A stretch of DNA of 64,000 nucleotides from Guillardia theta CCMP2712 (taxonomy: Eukaryota > Protista > Cryptophyta): assembly GCF_000315625.1 (NCBI RefSeq), contig NW_005434600.1, positions 218,260 through 282,259 on the forward strand. Reading direction: 5' to 3'. Of this stretch, positions 41,575-54,070 are shown piece after piece. The position numbers and the translations under genes are program-made. How positions within the stretch are numbered: the stretch's first letter is position 1; each line of letters starts with the position of its first letter. The notes under the pieces are model-generated. The model saw only the letters and a program-made list of their open reading frames with translations, was not told where the DNA came from and did not search any database.

Positions 41575-41919
41575 CTACCTGAAGTTCTTGCACTGAACCT
41601 CTCCCAGACTGTCCCCCATGACATTCCTGAAGCCTCCACGAAGCCTCAAGGGCAAAGCAGCAGTCTGGTGGTGCTGGTGGTGCTGGTGGTGCTGGTTGAG
41701 AGGGAGGAGAAGTTGACGGGGGTGGGGATAGGAGGTCTCGATCTCGATGACAAGGAGGAGGAAGAGTGAGAGGAGGGCAAGTAGAAGGCAACGGGTTGCG
41801 CTCCTGCTGAGAGAGTGGTCGTGGATGCTCATTGCAGACATCGTCATCCTCTCCTCTGACTTGCTGGCCTTGTCACAGAGCTCTCTCACTTGACGGCAGA
41901 CGAGGTGTCTGGAGGCCAT
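41575..41919 (-). CDS. First exon of an unknown protein with a signal/anchor segment followed by LRLRGG
   Basis: CLLLALLSLFLLLVI...HHQHHQHHQTAALPLRLRGGFRNV. Downstream exons were not resolved. Confidence 0.45.
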   Translation of the reverse strand: MASRHLVCRQVRELCDKASKSEERMTMSAMSIHDHSLSRSATRCLLLALLSLFLLLVIEIETSYPHPRQLLLPLNQHHQHHQHHQTAALPLRLRGGFRNVMGDSLGEVQCKNFR

Positions 41920-42159
41920 ACGTCATTGAAAAGGAAGGAGAAAATATCATTGTCCGTCTTTCACTCGGTTCAGGCCACAATGCTCGCGTGTATTGATGCA
42001 CTCATTCAGATGTCTTCTGTCTTGTCTTTCTTGCTGCTTCTGTGACCTCCTCTTACTTGTACTCTACTTCTATTCCTAACCCTGCTCCTGCTCCTCCTCC
42101 TGCTTCTCCTGCTTCTCCTGCTTCTCCTGCTTCTCCTGCTCCTCCTGCTCCTCCTGCTC

Positions 42160-42194
<35 letters not shown>

Positions 42195-42799
42195 AGTCCT
42201 CCTCTTGCTCCCTGCATCTGCTTGTACCTTCCTGATCACAAACTAGAATAGCTGAAAGACTTTGCGTGACCAATAAAAATAAATGAGCTAAATTATTTGC
42301 AAGGATCTCAGTGGATACACAACCCCTACTGAGGCCTGTGATTTTACAAGAGGGGTAGGGTCATGTACCCCACCCTCAGTCTTGCTGATCCCTAGGTGGG
42401 TAGGGCAAATGATGGAAAACATTGAGGCGGGTTGGGCGGGAAGGGACCCCGGACGGGTGGTATAGTGCAAGGAATTGTTTTTCGTATATTGAATATGGGT
42501 AGGGTAGTTAACCCCACCTATATCTAGACTTGATTGTTTTGGTTATTTTAACGGGTATTAAGAGTCAAGTACGTCCAAGGGGGTAGGGTATGTTCAGGGG
42601 TGGGGTGGCTAGAGGAGACATTGAGCCCTTCAAGATTCAAAATAGTGAAGTTCAGCAAAGAACTAGTTTCAGAGATCATTTCGAAGAATTTGCTTAATGT
42701 TTCAAAATAAATAAATTGTATTGAACAAAATTTTCCGAAATTTATTGAAATGAAACCCCCAGTGGAAAACAGGTTGTCCCAGCGCGGCACCGTTACGCC

Positions 42800-44509
42800 A
42801 TGGCAGGCGAGGTAAGAGGAGAATTCGTTGCAGAAGGAGCAGGAGGAGGAGGGTGTCTTGGTGTATCCAACCTGTTTCTTCCCTTGTTTGTCTGCTCTCT
42901 CCCTGTTCTCTTCAGCATTTACATATGCTTCGCATTGTTTTCTTGTGGAAAACCTTTTCCCCTTCAAGTTCTGTGTTGCTGACATAGCCATATCCTTTCC
43001 TTCTCCTTGCCAACTCCTCGCCTCACAACCGCCCTACCGAATCGACATTGTCCATCTTCAAATGATGTGCTCCATGCTGATTTCGTTGCCGTGTGCTACT
43101 CCTCTCACAAGCTCCTTGGCCTCTCCTCCTCCACCTCGACTACTGTTCTTGTCCCGCCTTGCCAACGATTCCTCCGCATACACATCCTCCTGCTACATGC
43201 TCCCTCCCTTCCTGTGTCTTCAAAGCTGAAGCATGGATCCCCAAGCAGCGAATGATGCTGATTTCTTGTTTTCCCCGAAGTTTCAATATCCATCCCTATT
43301 TTGCCTTGTGGTGAAGGACCAGAAAAACACTAATGAATCGACTCATCCATCCTGTTTATTCGTGTTTCCTTTAGTTCCTGTTGTAACTTCGTTCCTATCA
43401 TTTTCTGCTCTCCTGAATGTTGTGCTGACTTCCTCTTGTCAGGACGGAGGTAAGGGAGGAAAGGGAGGAAAAGGAGGAAAAGGAACAGCCTCAGACAAGA
43501 AGAAACGCGCGCCGCAGTCACGATCATCTCGTGCTGGCTTGCAGGTAATGCTATTAGAGGAGAAGAGATTTTTTGTTGTCATTGTATGACAAGAGATTTT
43601 TTCTGTGATGAAATGAGAAAAATCGTCTTTGTCATGAGATGAGATGTTTGCAGTTGTGAGAGGAGAAGGTATCTCATTAAATATGTTGATAGAGATGACG
43701 AAAGATAATGAGATGTTTTGATGGTGAAATTTGACATGAGATGGTGAGATGATGTTTTAACGATGTCTTTGGTTGTACCTCGTGCTGTTTCTCATCCACC
43801 AGCTTATTCTATTGTGTCAGTTTCCCGTTGGTCGTATCCACAGACATCTCAAGACGCGCATCGCTCGTCATGGCCGTGTGGGAGCGACTTCAGCTGTGTA
43901 CATGGCAGCCATCTGCGAGTATCTCTGCGCTGAGGTGACCATCCTTCCTCCTCGTCTCAATCCTCCTCCACAACCACTCATCTCATTCCTCCTCCTCGTC
44001 CACGACGACCACCACCTCATCCTCCATGCCTGCATGCCTCTTTCTCCGTGTGTCTGCCATCTGCCCTCGTCACGTGCTCGCACACTTCCTCCTCGGCCCT
44101 CACCATCACCTCTCTCACTCTCCATTCAGGTGCTGGAGCTCGCAGGAAACGCTTCCCGTGACTTGCGCGTGAAACGTATCACTCCTCGCCATCTTCAGCT
44201 GGCCATTCGCGGAGATGAAGAGTTGGATACTCTGATCAAGGCCACCATCGCTGGTAACTCTCCTTCTTCTTCCTCTTCCTCCCCTTCTACACTCTGCTCT
44301 GCTCCTCCCCTGCCCTCTGCTCACCTCTCCACTCCTCTCCTCTCCTGCATGATCGCTTTCCCGTTCATGCTGTCTGTACTGCCTTCTCTGCCTTGCTCAA
44401 GACAGCAGCTGACGAGCGAGCAGGCGGAGGAGTCATCCCCCACATTCACAAGTCCCTCATCAACAAGGGGCCCAAGGCGAAGAAGTCAAAGGCCACCAAG
44501 GCCCCTTAA
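42800..44509 (+). CDS. H2A.Z: Histone H2A.Z, 5 exons (42800-42811, 43443-43544, 43821-43934, 44130-44253, 44424-44509)
   Basis: MAGE|DGGKGGK...SRSSRAGLQ|[24 protein letters not shown]|[42 protein letters not shown]|[11 protein letters not shown]. The IHR, GDEELD and IPHIHKSL residues are H2A.Z-diagnostic, and exon phases are consistent. Confidence 0.96.
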
Positions 44510-44739
44510 AGTCCGGTCGAGTCACACGATGTCACTTCTGCCTCAAGCTGCAGACGGTGGACGTTCCTAGCTCGCCCTATCTGGCGTCACTCTGGTGGAT
44601 GTGGAGTGTGGTGGAGATCAGGATGCAAGGAAGCGGGAGGAATGTTCTTGTTGAGCAAATGAAAGTTGAGAGTAGGAGAGAAGAGAAGCAACAAGTTTAT
44701 CTACATAATCTCATCGAGAAACAATAGACTGAGTGACCT

Positions 44740-47190
44740 TCTCATGCCCAATCTCCCGCGCTCGGCCCCCATGCACTGCCGTCGACCTGTAGCAGAGGTC
44801 ACGTGACTTGAAACTTCATCACAAGATACGATATGAATGTCAGGAAACTCGTCATGCAAATACTTTGACTGAACAACCTCATCCACTTTTGGCTATTTCT
44901 TTCTCAAATCCTCTAACCCTCACTTGCGTCTGTCCTCTCTTCTCTCTCTTTCTCTCCTCTCTCACCTGGAAGTCACCATCCGCATCATTCCACGTGTTGT
45001 CGGCCAAAGACTGCATGCGAGCTTCCTTGGCCTGCTGCTTGCCAAGTCAGCACGAGGCATCATAGAGGGTCGGGAGCATGCAGAGAAGACGAGAGAACTA
45101 GTGAGAGGAAACGAGTGGTGGGGCTGGAAGGAGGTAGAATCGAGGGCAAGGTCGAGGAAAGAGGACGACGAGAACAAGGACGGGGACGAGGACGAGGGCG
45201 GGGATACCATAGTCTTGTGCGAAAGCTTCTTCTGAGTTTGCGGCTTGACAGCACGAGGGGCTTGCTTGACAAGCTTCTCCTCGGTCTTCACTCCAGCGGA
45301 GAAGCTGCAGGGGGGGGGAGGTCAGGGACAAGCTCAGAAGCTCCTCGACTCACCCCCGCTGATACGCCTGTGCGATCTCATCCGCCAACTTCACTGAGTC
45401 AGTCGTCCCCGCCCTGTCGCGCGCACACAAGTCAAGACGCGTCGCAGAATGAGAGTCTTGCTGCTCACTTGCTCTTGGGTGATGCTTGCAATGCTCTGGC
45501 GTGACTCTGCTGACGGCTCGACCTCCTAGTTGAGGTTGACCTGCACGCCTGTCAGCAGGTTCGCACGAGTGCCAGCGCAAGTCACGTCAAGTGATCGGAG
45601 CTGGACGGACGAGAGATCTGCACAACCAGCATGAGGGAGACAAAAAGAGTTGAGGGCGATCCCGTCTCTTACCCAGTCTGAGGAGATCGCGCCGTACTCC
45701 TTGAACTAATCAACAAGTCAGGTCACTGACGACGTGGACATCATCGCTGGAAACTCGTCCAAGATGATTCCATCCATGTCGCGTACCTCAGCGTCAGCCC
45801 CTTCATCCGCAAGCTTCTCCTCCTCCTTGTGCTCCTTCTCGATCTCGGCTTCTCGCTTCTCCTCCTGTTTCCCAGCTCAGCACCATCACTAGCGCAGGAA
45901 CTTGAGCCTGACCTGTCTCTCTCTACGTGCAAACCTGTCATGCTCATACTTCATGGTGTCATGATGGAGTTTCGTAACGGCCCTGCCCATGAGTCAGACC
46001 ACAGACCCTTCATCCTATTCTCCCTCCTTCCGCCCCTCCGACCATCCCCATCCCATCCCATCCCATCCCATCCCATCTCTCCCCTCCTCCTCCCCTCCCT
46101 CACATTCTGGCAGCTGCAAGTCTGGCAGGGCGTGGGCTCTTGGTCTGCCGGCATCCTCGTCATCGTCTCCTCCCCCGCCTCCTCCTCTCACCTGAGCGTG
46201 ACCAGCTGCTGCCTTAGGAGGCTCCGCCAGCTTCGCAGCCTGTGGCTCCACCGGCTTCACCGGCTTCACCTCATGTGGGGCGCTCGTTCGAGCAAGATGC
46301 TGCCGATGTTGTTGATGATGATGGCGAGATCGGGCGAAACTGTCTTGGGCCCAGTCCCATGCCGACTGCACCGGCGTCTCCTTCCTCTCGTCCACGGGAG
46401 CACCTCCCATGGGCTGCCCCCCTGAGCTTCGAAGGATAGGATGCGACGTCCTCTTTACTGCTTCCTGAGCCCAGCTCCATGCCTGCGTGTCCTCCCTGGC
46501 CTTGTCCTCACGAGCTGCTGAGGTTCTGGGGACGGGAGAATCGGCCTGATCCACCTGAGCAAGGAGCTGCTCCCTTGCTCGCGGGAGGACCTGCTTGTTC
46601 TCTCGCGATGTACTGTCGCTTGAAATGGAGTTGGCAAAGCTATAGACATCGTTCTCTTGGCTGCGAGACTCCGGAACCATGGAAGTGTATCCGTTGTGAT
46701 CGTTAGAGTACCTCCTGGTTGCTATCGAGCGGACAAGAGAAGTTCTGTCGCTATCCTCAGCCATTGATGATCCTCGCTGAAGAAGCTGCTGCGCCCATGC
46801 CTGCGCAGACCTTGATCCTCTGCGCACCCGCAAGTCAGAGAACATGATGGGGCAAACCAGGGCGGGACACAACCTGGCATGAGCGAAGGAACGGTGATGC
46901 AGGTGCCAGTCTTGGCGAGGGTGATGACGAGCTGAATCATAAGGAGGGTCAGGGCAGGACAGGCATGTCGCATGATGGTATAAGACACAAGTCATCGGGC
47001 AACAGGCAGCGAGAGGGTAGGGTCAAATCGTACCTTCTCTCCTCGACATCTCGGTCAACCTTCCAGTGTGGGGGGTCCACTGGAGCAGCTGCTCCTGATC
47101 CCCCTCACTATCTCTTCCTGTCGCTCTCATAACCACCACAAACGCCACCATCACGACCGCGGCTCCTGCCGCTATCACCCCCCTCGCCAT
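44740..47190 (-). CDS. Multi-exon unknown protein with an N-terminal signal anchor and low-complexity repeats (AW.WAQ)
   Basis: Starts MARGVIAAGAAVVMVAFVVVM. The large exon (~46100-46820) contains AQAWAQQ, QAWSWAQE and SAWDWAQD. The end is approximate. Confidence 0.6.
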
Positions 47191-48083
47191 GGCCGAACGA
47201 AGGGACAAGGTTGTAAAAGCAAATTTTAAAACGTGAAAAGTTTGAAATTATCCTCAATGATTTGAAGTTTGGAGCATTTCCAGCTTTCCACGGAATCGAA
47301 CTGAATCTGGCCCGGCGGGGCCTGTCGGAATCGGTCCAGCGGCCGGGCGGCCCGGCCCGGGAATTGCGGCACGGAGGCTTTCAGTACCGCCGGTTCTCCG
47401 GTAGCCTAGTAGCTTGTCCTGCCGTGACTCCGGAGTCCCGTCACCGCAGCACCGCGTCCGTGACCGTACGGTCGGGCCGCGTCAGATCCGGGTGACTTCC
47501 AGCAGTGGACATTTGAAAGTTCGGGGCCCCGTGGGTGAGTTGCATTGAATGATTTCAAGTTTCAAGTTTGCCAGGCGGCCGCGCCGGGCCCGGGCCCACG
47601 GTGGCCGTAGTTGCTTGCGACCGCCCGCTAGTACTGGCTGAGTATCAGATCCGACCGCGGGGCCGGGCGCCCAGGCCCAGCCCGGCCTGACCGACTGAAC
47701 TTGAAATAACTATGAAAAGGTGGGTACATGGTTGCCAAAGTCTCACCCCCCACCCCCCCCGTTAAAATGGCTCGCAATCAGTAAAAACAAATGACAAGCA
47801 TCTTCAACTGCTCAAGATGACACAACGAGCGGTCGGAGTAGAGGAGGGGGGGAGAAGAAAGGAGAGAAGGGAGAGAGAACATGACGAGGGGAAGAAGAGA
47901 AGAGGGAGAGAGGAAGAGAGGTCAGAGTTGAAGACTGAGATATACAATGGAACACTTGCGGCGAGAGCAAATGAAGACGAAGAGGGAGAGTAAAAAAGGC
48001 AGCAAAAAGGGATAGAGGGGAAAGAGAAAGCTGGGAGAGGATGGCAAGAAACGTTGGAGAGACAGAGACAGAGAGAACAAGTC

Positions 48084-48131
<48 letters not shown>

Positions 48132-48226
48132 ACAGACAGACACTAGTTTGCTCTCCTGTGTTTCCTGTGTCCGATGAGCCTCTTCTCTCTCTGCAACCTG
48201 TCGCTGACTCCTGCAGGCTCGCTAAG

Positions 48227-51025
48227 ATGTCAACGTACCTCGACATCCGAGGGCTCAAGTTCCCCGGGTGAGCAGCGCACTCAAAGCCCTCCTCCTTCCC
48301 TCCCTTTTCCTCCTTCTCTCTTCCTCCTTCCCTCCTTCATTCCCTCCCTTCTCTTCTTCTCTCCCTCCTCTCCCTCTCGCCCTCCCTCTCATTTTCTTTC
48401 TTCTTTCTCTCCTTCTTCTCCTTTCTCTCCTTTTCCTCCTTTCCCTCCTCTTTCTCTCTATCTCCTTTCTCCCTCCCTCCCTCCCTCTTGACTTAGAACC
48501 GACAGACCCTCCCGCTTTTCGCAGCCAGATCAGCACATCTTCAAGTAGACCTGCAACTTTGCATGACTTCTCTTGACCCCTTATCTAAGGCCCCAGCACT
48601 GGATCTCCCCGCGAAGAGCTCACGAGATGAAGGAGGAGCTTGCCAGGTAGAGGTAAAGTTGCAGCTGCGGTCGAGTGATGATGCTGGAAGGTGCAAAGCT
48701 CAGGGGAAGGACTTATGGTCGAAGGAGTGGAAGAATGTCCCGACCACCTTCAACGTCAGGTCCAACACGTCGAGGTCCTATCAAACCTTTGAAGTCCGGG
48801 GTGTGAAGATGTCAAGGTTGTCGCTGAATGTGAGTTGAGCGCAAAGAGTTTCTCCTGTACATGATTGCGCATATTTCCTCTGTACTTTCATGTTGGTGAT
48901 CTCATTGCCTGCAGAAATTGAGGCCCAGCACGACGGCTTCATCAGCAAGATATCGTAGCGACAGCATGTACTCTTCATGCGAGTATGATGGAGTGAACAG
49001 GTCAGACATTAAGAGTGCTTGAGGCGCCTCAAACCGATCGGGACAAAGAGGTAGAGAGAGCTGGGAGAAGTCAAATGAAACATGACGACTTTGAAGATGT
49101 TCTACCAATCTCCTAGAAATTTCTTGACGAGGCAACCAAGAGATTGTTGGAGGGAGAATGCAAATGAGTCCAGCGGCAGGAGATACAAGACTTCTATGGC
49201 AACGTACATCACATACACCGATGACTCGCGGAGGCCTGTCTCTGTACTCCATTACCTCATCTCCTCACCTTTCTCACAGTTCGCCGGCCCATCGAACGCC
49301 AACCTCTGTGATGAAAGTATGCGTTGATCAATATTGCAAGGGGAGTCATTCTCCCTTCGCAAGACCAGCTCAAATCAGGTCTGTGCAACATTTCATTCTG
49401 TCTGATATGACTGAACCCCGCGACAAGTTCTCCAAGATCACCTGAGATCCTACATCTCGACGTAAAACTCCGTCTCTGAGATGTCGAGCTTGTGATCGTT
49501 GGTGGACAGGAGGGATCGGAATCTGATAGGAGGAGTGAGGGAATGAGCGAGACAGCGAATTCTCCCCACGAATTCAAACGATATCGAGGCTTGTTTTCCC
49601 TCTACATTTGTATTCTGCACCTGACGATTTGAAATCAGCGGAAAACTTCACCACAGCAGGATCCATGTCTGCCGGATTCAGGCCGTTAAGGTAGTTGTTT
49701 TTGCAAACGATGAATGTGATGCAAACCATGAGATGACAATGGATGATGCTATGATGATGAAAAAAGTTCAGGCGATGGTGATATTGATGATTGATTCCGT
49801 AATCGAGCAATGACGACGTTTGGTCAACAACATCATGACTCTGTTAACGATTATCATCTTCATTCTGGTGTTAAAGAGGACTCGGAAGCTAATGCTTGAT
49901 TTCAGTGCAAGAAGTCTGTGCAGCCCTCGGCGAACTGTATCGAACTCCTTCCTGTTTGACAAGCTCTCATGTTGAATTCAGTTGGCTGCCTCCTCCCCTG
50001 CAGGAACTCAGCTGAGCCTCATGCTGGAAGGCGTGGATGTACTTGTCTTGTTCTGTTCTTTGCTCTCAGCTTACACAAATTCTAGAAAGAGCGATCGTCA
50101 AGCATAAGTTCCATGTACAGATTCTCTCGTGATGGCAGCGGCGAGTGGAGGGAACCTATCGGGATGATTGTATCTGACATGCGCTCCCTTGCAGAGAAGA
50201 AGTTGTCAAGAAGGACAAGCCTGAGAGCAATAAGACAATCTTCCATTCTCGAGGTCTTTACATCTGATGCACTTCACCAAAGACATCTGACTTGCTCCCG
50301 ATGTATAGAAGCTTCGTCCGCTCGAGGAGCGTCAGCAAGGATCTTGGAGATCGTCACATAGAGATCTTGACAAGATTACATTTGTACAGCAGACTTCCAT
50401 GTCAAGTGAGGACTCCTTGCTCTTAGTGCATGTGCTGACTGCAGTGAAGAGCTCGGGCACCTGGTGGATTCAACTCCTTACAACTACAAGGTTGTGTGGA
50501 CATGTACATTTATGCTGCCGACACGCTAATAACCTCAAAACCAGGTCCGTTTGCAATTAGACAAGTAGGCCTGCAGGAGAAACATCAGATTAGTATATCA
50601 ATGAAGATGTGTCATAGATACGTGATGGTGTATGTGGCTGTATTTGGAGAAAGAAACGTAAATTTCCTGCAGCATGCAGATACCTTGTTGCACGTTTCGT
50701 TTGCAATCTCAACGATCCGAGGCGGAGAAGGAAAGTCAGACGTGTAAGTCCAGCAAGCGGTAGCAACAAGGAGGACAGGACCGTCAGCAACCATTTGAAT
50801 CGCTCGTTCCATCTTCATTTTACGGTGGTATCAGCTGTACCCAACCTGATTTATCCTATATCCCCTTGCCAGGACTCATGTGGTAGGGAGACTAGGCCAG
50901 CACTTGGCTGGACTGACACGAGCATACCCATCGTCCAACGATGGGTACAGGGGGAACCTCTCTTGTATCTGATCAGTATCTATTCCTTTGTTCTTGTTGT
51001 TCGAGTTTTGTTCACGTTGACATGA
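48227..51025 (+). CDS. Multi-exon unknown protein
   Basis: An ATG exon MSTYLDIRGLKFP|gt followed by many ~50-nt GT-AG introns separating short coding-like exons. No family was recognised. Confidence 0.45.
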
Positions 51026-51464
51026 ATAGAGTTGAAACCTGGCAGCGTCCGCCGAGTCCTCAGCCTTCAGTTGACTGGCCCGGCGCCGCCTGTGGGTGCT
51101 GAGTCCCAGCCTGGACACGAAGATCTGACCACTGAAAGTCAACTTGAAATCGTCTCCTTTCATCGCGGCGGTCTCCAAGGCTTTCTCCGTCGGAGCGTCG
51201 GAGCGAGTTTTTGGTTTTAACACACCCGAAGCTAAACAGCCTCAGTTCGCCTCGGATGAGGAGGTTTGCTCGAAAACTAGTCTTTTCGCCTTCACCGACT
51301 CTTTTACTAGCCACCTTGGGACCTTCCTATGACCTGAGACTATAGGTGAATTTTCCCCAAGTCACCTGACCACTGAGCGAATCGTCCTTTCCCTGCCCAT
51401 CCTCCTACTAGCTTCTCCCTGCAGAGACCCGACCCCTCTTTGATCATACTCCTAGGGCTGAATC

Positions 51465-51977
51465 ATGCCCCAGATACCCGCTTTTCTGAAAGCCCTCTCC
51501 CTCCTCCGCCTCTCCCCCGATGACCTCTCCGTCTACCTCGCCCCCGACCTCGACCTCCTCGACCCCCTCGACTCCCCCGACCTCCCCGCCATGCCCCTCT
51601 GGGACCAGCTCACCTCCTGGCCCGACGACGACGGGCAGCCTCCCTCCTTGACCTTCGCCAGCATCGCGCGAGCCAGCGAGGGCGAGGGCGAGGGCGAGGC
51701 CGGGAGGGCGGGGGCGCGGGGGAAGGGGAGGTACGCGCGGGAGGCCTGCCAGTTCTGCCGGCAGCGGAAGCTCAAGTGCGACGAGCGTCGGCCATGCGGG
51801 CAGTGCGTGCACTTGAAGACGGAGTGCGTGAGTCAGGCAGGGCAGCGGAGGGGGCGGAAGCCGAGGAGACGAGGAGGGACGGGGGCAGAGCCAACGACGG
51901 ATGCGAGGGGGCAAGCCGGCGGCTGGATAGAGGGAAGCGAGGAGCTGACCGAGATAGCGGAGGGCTTCTTGGTATAG
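51465..51977 (+). CDS. Minimal Zn(II)2Cys6 (GAL4-type) transcription factor, copy Z1
   Basis: ACQFCRQRKLKCDERRPCGQCVHLKTEC fits C-x2-C-x6-C-x5-C-x2-C-x6-C; the N-terminus is acidic and Leu/Pro-rich; intronless. Confidence 0.9.
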   Translation: MPQIPAFLKALSLLRLSPDDLSVYLAPDLDLLDPLDSPDLPAMPLWDQLTSWPDDDGQPPSLTFASIARASEGEGEGEAGRAGARGKGRYAREACQFCRQRKLKCDERRPCGQCVHLKTECVSQAGQRRGRKPRRRGGTGAEPTTDARGQAGGWIEGSEELTEIAEGFLV

Positions 51978-52519
51978 CCTGGCCGTGTTTCGACGTGCCG
52001 ATGCGGACAAGCTGAGGACAAAGCGGCGGAGGACGAGGAGAGCTTGATAGACAGATAGTCTACAATCAGCGTGTATGAGTAAAGGGTCTTGTGCTTGTCT
52101 CGGGGAGGGGAGGGGAGGCCCCAGACACCGGTGTAGCGCGCTGAGAGAGCGTGCGGTGGCTTGCGGGCAGCAGGCAAGCAGGGAAGCAAGGGCGGAGGTT
52201 GCTGGCGGGCGTATGTGAGCTGTCAGTGAGTGTGTGAGGGCGAGCCTGGAGCTGCAGAAGACCGCGGGCATGCCGTGAATGAGGCGCGCTTGGGTGGTGT
52301 TGATCATGAACAACAGAGTATGGTGTTGATTTGCATCTCCTCAAGGAGCATGCCTGGTCAGTGAGAAGAGCACTCTATCTAGAGGATCCGAGGGTTGAGA
52401 GCAAGGTCGGTGCTTGGCATGGTTGACGCTCTTCTTCATTGGTGCTACCATGCCACGTTTATCACCACATACTGCAGATATATAAAGAATAATCGCCTCG
52501 CCTGCTTTATGATGGCTAC

Positions 52520-52850
52520 ACGACTGAGATGCTCAGGGATGAGGGTGTTTGATACCTAGCTTCGACCCAGCTCATATTGACCCTTAAGAACACAAGGCCA
52601 GTGGAAAGACATAAGCAAACCAGGCAGCTCTCGCCCAGAGCCCTCAGCTTCCGCCTCCTCCGCTGCAACTTGTCCGACTTGAGTTTGCGCTCTCGGCAGA
52701 GCTGGCCTGTCTGCCGCGCGTGTTTGCAGGGGGGCTAGCAAGCTGGAGAGGTCATCGGGGGAGAGGCGGCGGAGAAGGAAGAGGGCGTGGAGGAAGGGCA
52801 AGGAGGTCGGGAAGGAGGAGTAGGGGAGAAAGGCAGGAATCTGCGGATGG
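52520..52850 (-). pseudogene. Decayed Zn2Cys6 paralogue D1
   Basis: PQIPAFL...PFLHALFLLRRLSPDDLS is in one frame with no in-frame ATG. KHARQTGQLCRERKLKSD is in another frame, with Cys1->Gly, Cys3->Ser and the second half of the cluster missing. Confidence 0.7.
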
Positions 52851-53051
52851 AAGCTGAAACAGAGATAGATGGGAGGACCAGAAGTACTGAAGATGCTGGA
52901 TCGGCAGGAGGAGGAGGAGGAGGAGATGGAGCATTAGGAGAGGCAGGGTTAAGAGCAGGAGCAGGGTCAGGGTCAGGGGCTGGGTCAGGAGCAGGGGCAG
53001 GGGCAGGAGAAGAGAGATGAAAAAGGGGCAGCAGCAGGGGGAGAAGAAGGG

Positions 53052-53092
<41 letters not shown>

Positions 53093-53521
53093 GGCAGGGG
53101 CAGGAGCAGGGGCAGGAATGGAAGCAGGAGCAGGATCCGGTCGCTATAGAAATGGTCAGGCAAGGGGAAACGGGCACCCATGGGGCATAAAAACATTTCA
53201 TTGTTTTGAAATCGCTTCTTTTCGCCTCGGCGGCATTGTCATTCTAGAAGCTTTCTCGAAATCGCTTTCCTTCGTCTCGGCTGCTGATCGATCCTGCTTT
53301 ACAAAGAACCAGCTCGTCGTGGCCCCTACGGACATAGCCGAGGACACATTACCTTACGGCATCCGAGTCGAAACGACTCTTATTCGTATCGGATATCGAT
53401 ACATGTCAAAAAAAAAGAAGCAAAGCAGTCACTGCCTGCTTATCGCCCCTTCCTCTTCTCTGCTCAACGCGATCTTTGCTGACAGGTCACAAGCACCACG
53501 CAAGCTTCCAGACCTGCTGTC

Positions 53522-54070
53522 ATGACCATCATACTTCATACCAGCCCCTTCCTCCTGTACACCCTCGACCCTTCATTGCAGCCCTCTGACCTCCCTGTCT
53601 TTCCTTCTCCCTTCCTCCACGCCCTCTCCCTCCTCCGCCTCTCCCCCGATGACCTCTCCGTCTACCTCGCCCCCGACCTCGACCTCCTCGACCCCCTCGA
53701 CTCCCCCGACCTCCCCGCCATGCCCCTCTGGGACCAGCTCACCTCCTGGCCCGACGACGACCAGCTCCTGACCCCCTTGTCCTTCGCCGACGCCGTCGCA
53801 GCCGGCAAGGCCGAGGGCGAGGCCGGGAGGGCGGGGGCGCGGGGGAAGGGGAGGTACGCGCGGGAGGCCTGCCAGTTCTGCCGGCAGCGGAAGCTCAAGT
53901 GCGACGAGCGGCGGCCGTGCGGGCAGTGCGTGCACTTCAGGACGGAGTGTGTGAGTCAGGCAGGGCAGCGGAGGGGGCGGAAGCCAAGGGCACGGGAAGG
54001 AACGGGGGCCGAGGTGACAACCATGGCGACTTTTATTATCGAAAGTTCATCCGCAACTTCTCGACAATAG
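53522..54070 (+). CDS. Zn2Cys6 copy Z2; its last ~12 codons come from the adjoining retroelement
   Basis: Intact six-Cys cluster. Homology to Z5 ends at ~54033, where RT sequence (YYRKFIRNFS) begins. Confidence 0.85.
   Translation: MTIILHTSPFLLYTLDPSLQPSDLPVFPSPFLHALSLLRLSPDDLSVYLAPDLDLLDPLDSPDLPAMPLWDQLTSWPDDDQLLTPLSFADAVAAGKAEGEAGRAGARGKGRYAREACQFCRQRKLKCDERRPCGQCVHFRTECVSQAGQRRGRKPRAREGTGAEVTTMATFIIESSSATSRQ

Noticed and set aside
42548-42991. 147-aa minus-strand ORF
   Set aside because: It lies antisense to the H2A.Z promoter, first exon and intron, and has no recognisable motif.
50990-51035. Short similarity to 62425-62478 (VVRVLFT[LF]T-coding DNA)
   Set aside because: Only ~40 bp of T-rich sequence, which cannot be distinguished from chance without an alignment statistic.
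52556-52801. The 81-aa ORF (three copies) sharing the Zn2Cys6 N-terminal motif looked like a dominant-negative microProtein
   Set aside because: It has no in-frame ATG, and another frame holds a mutated, half-deleted Zn cluster (GQLCRERKLKSD), so a frameshifted pseudogene is the simpler explanation.
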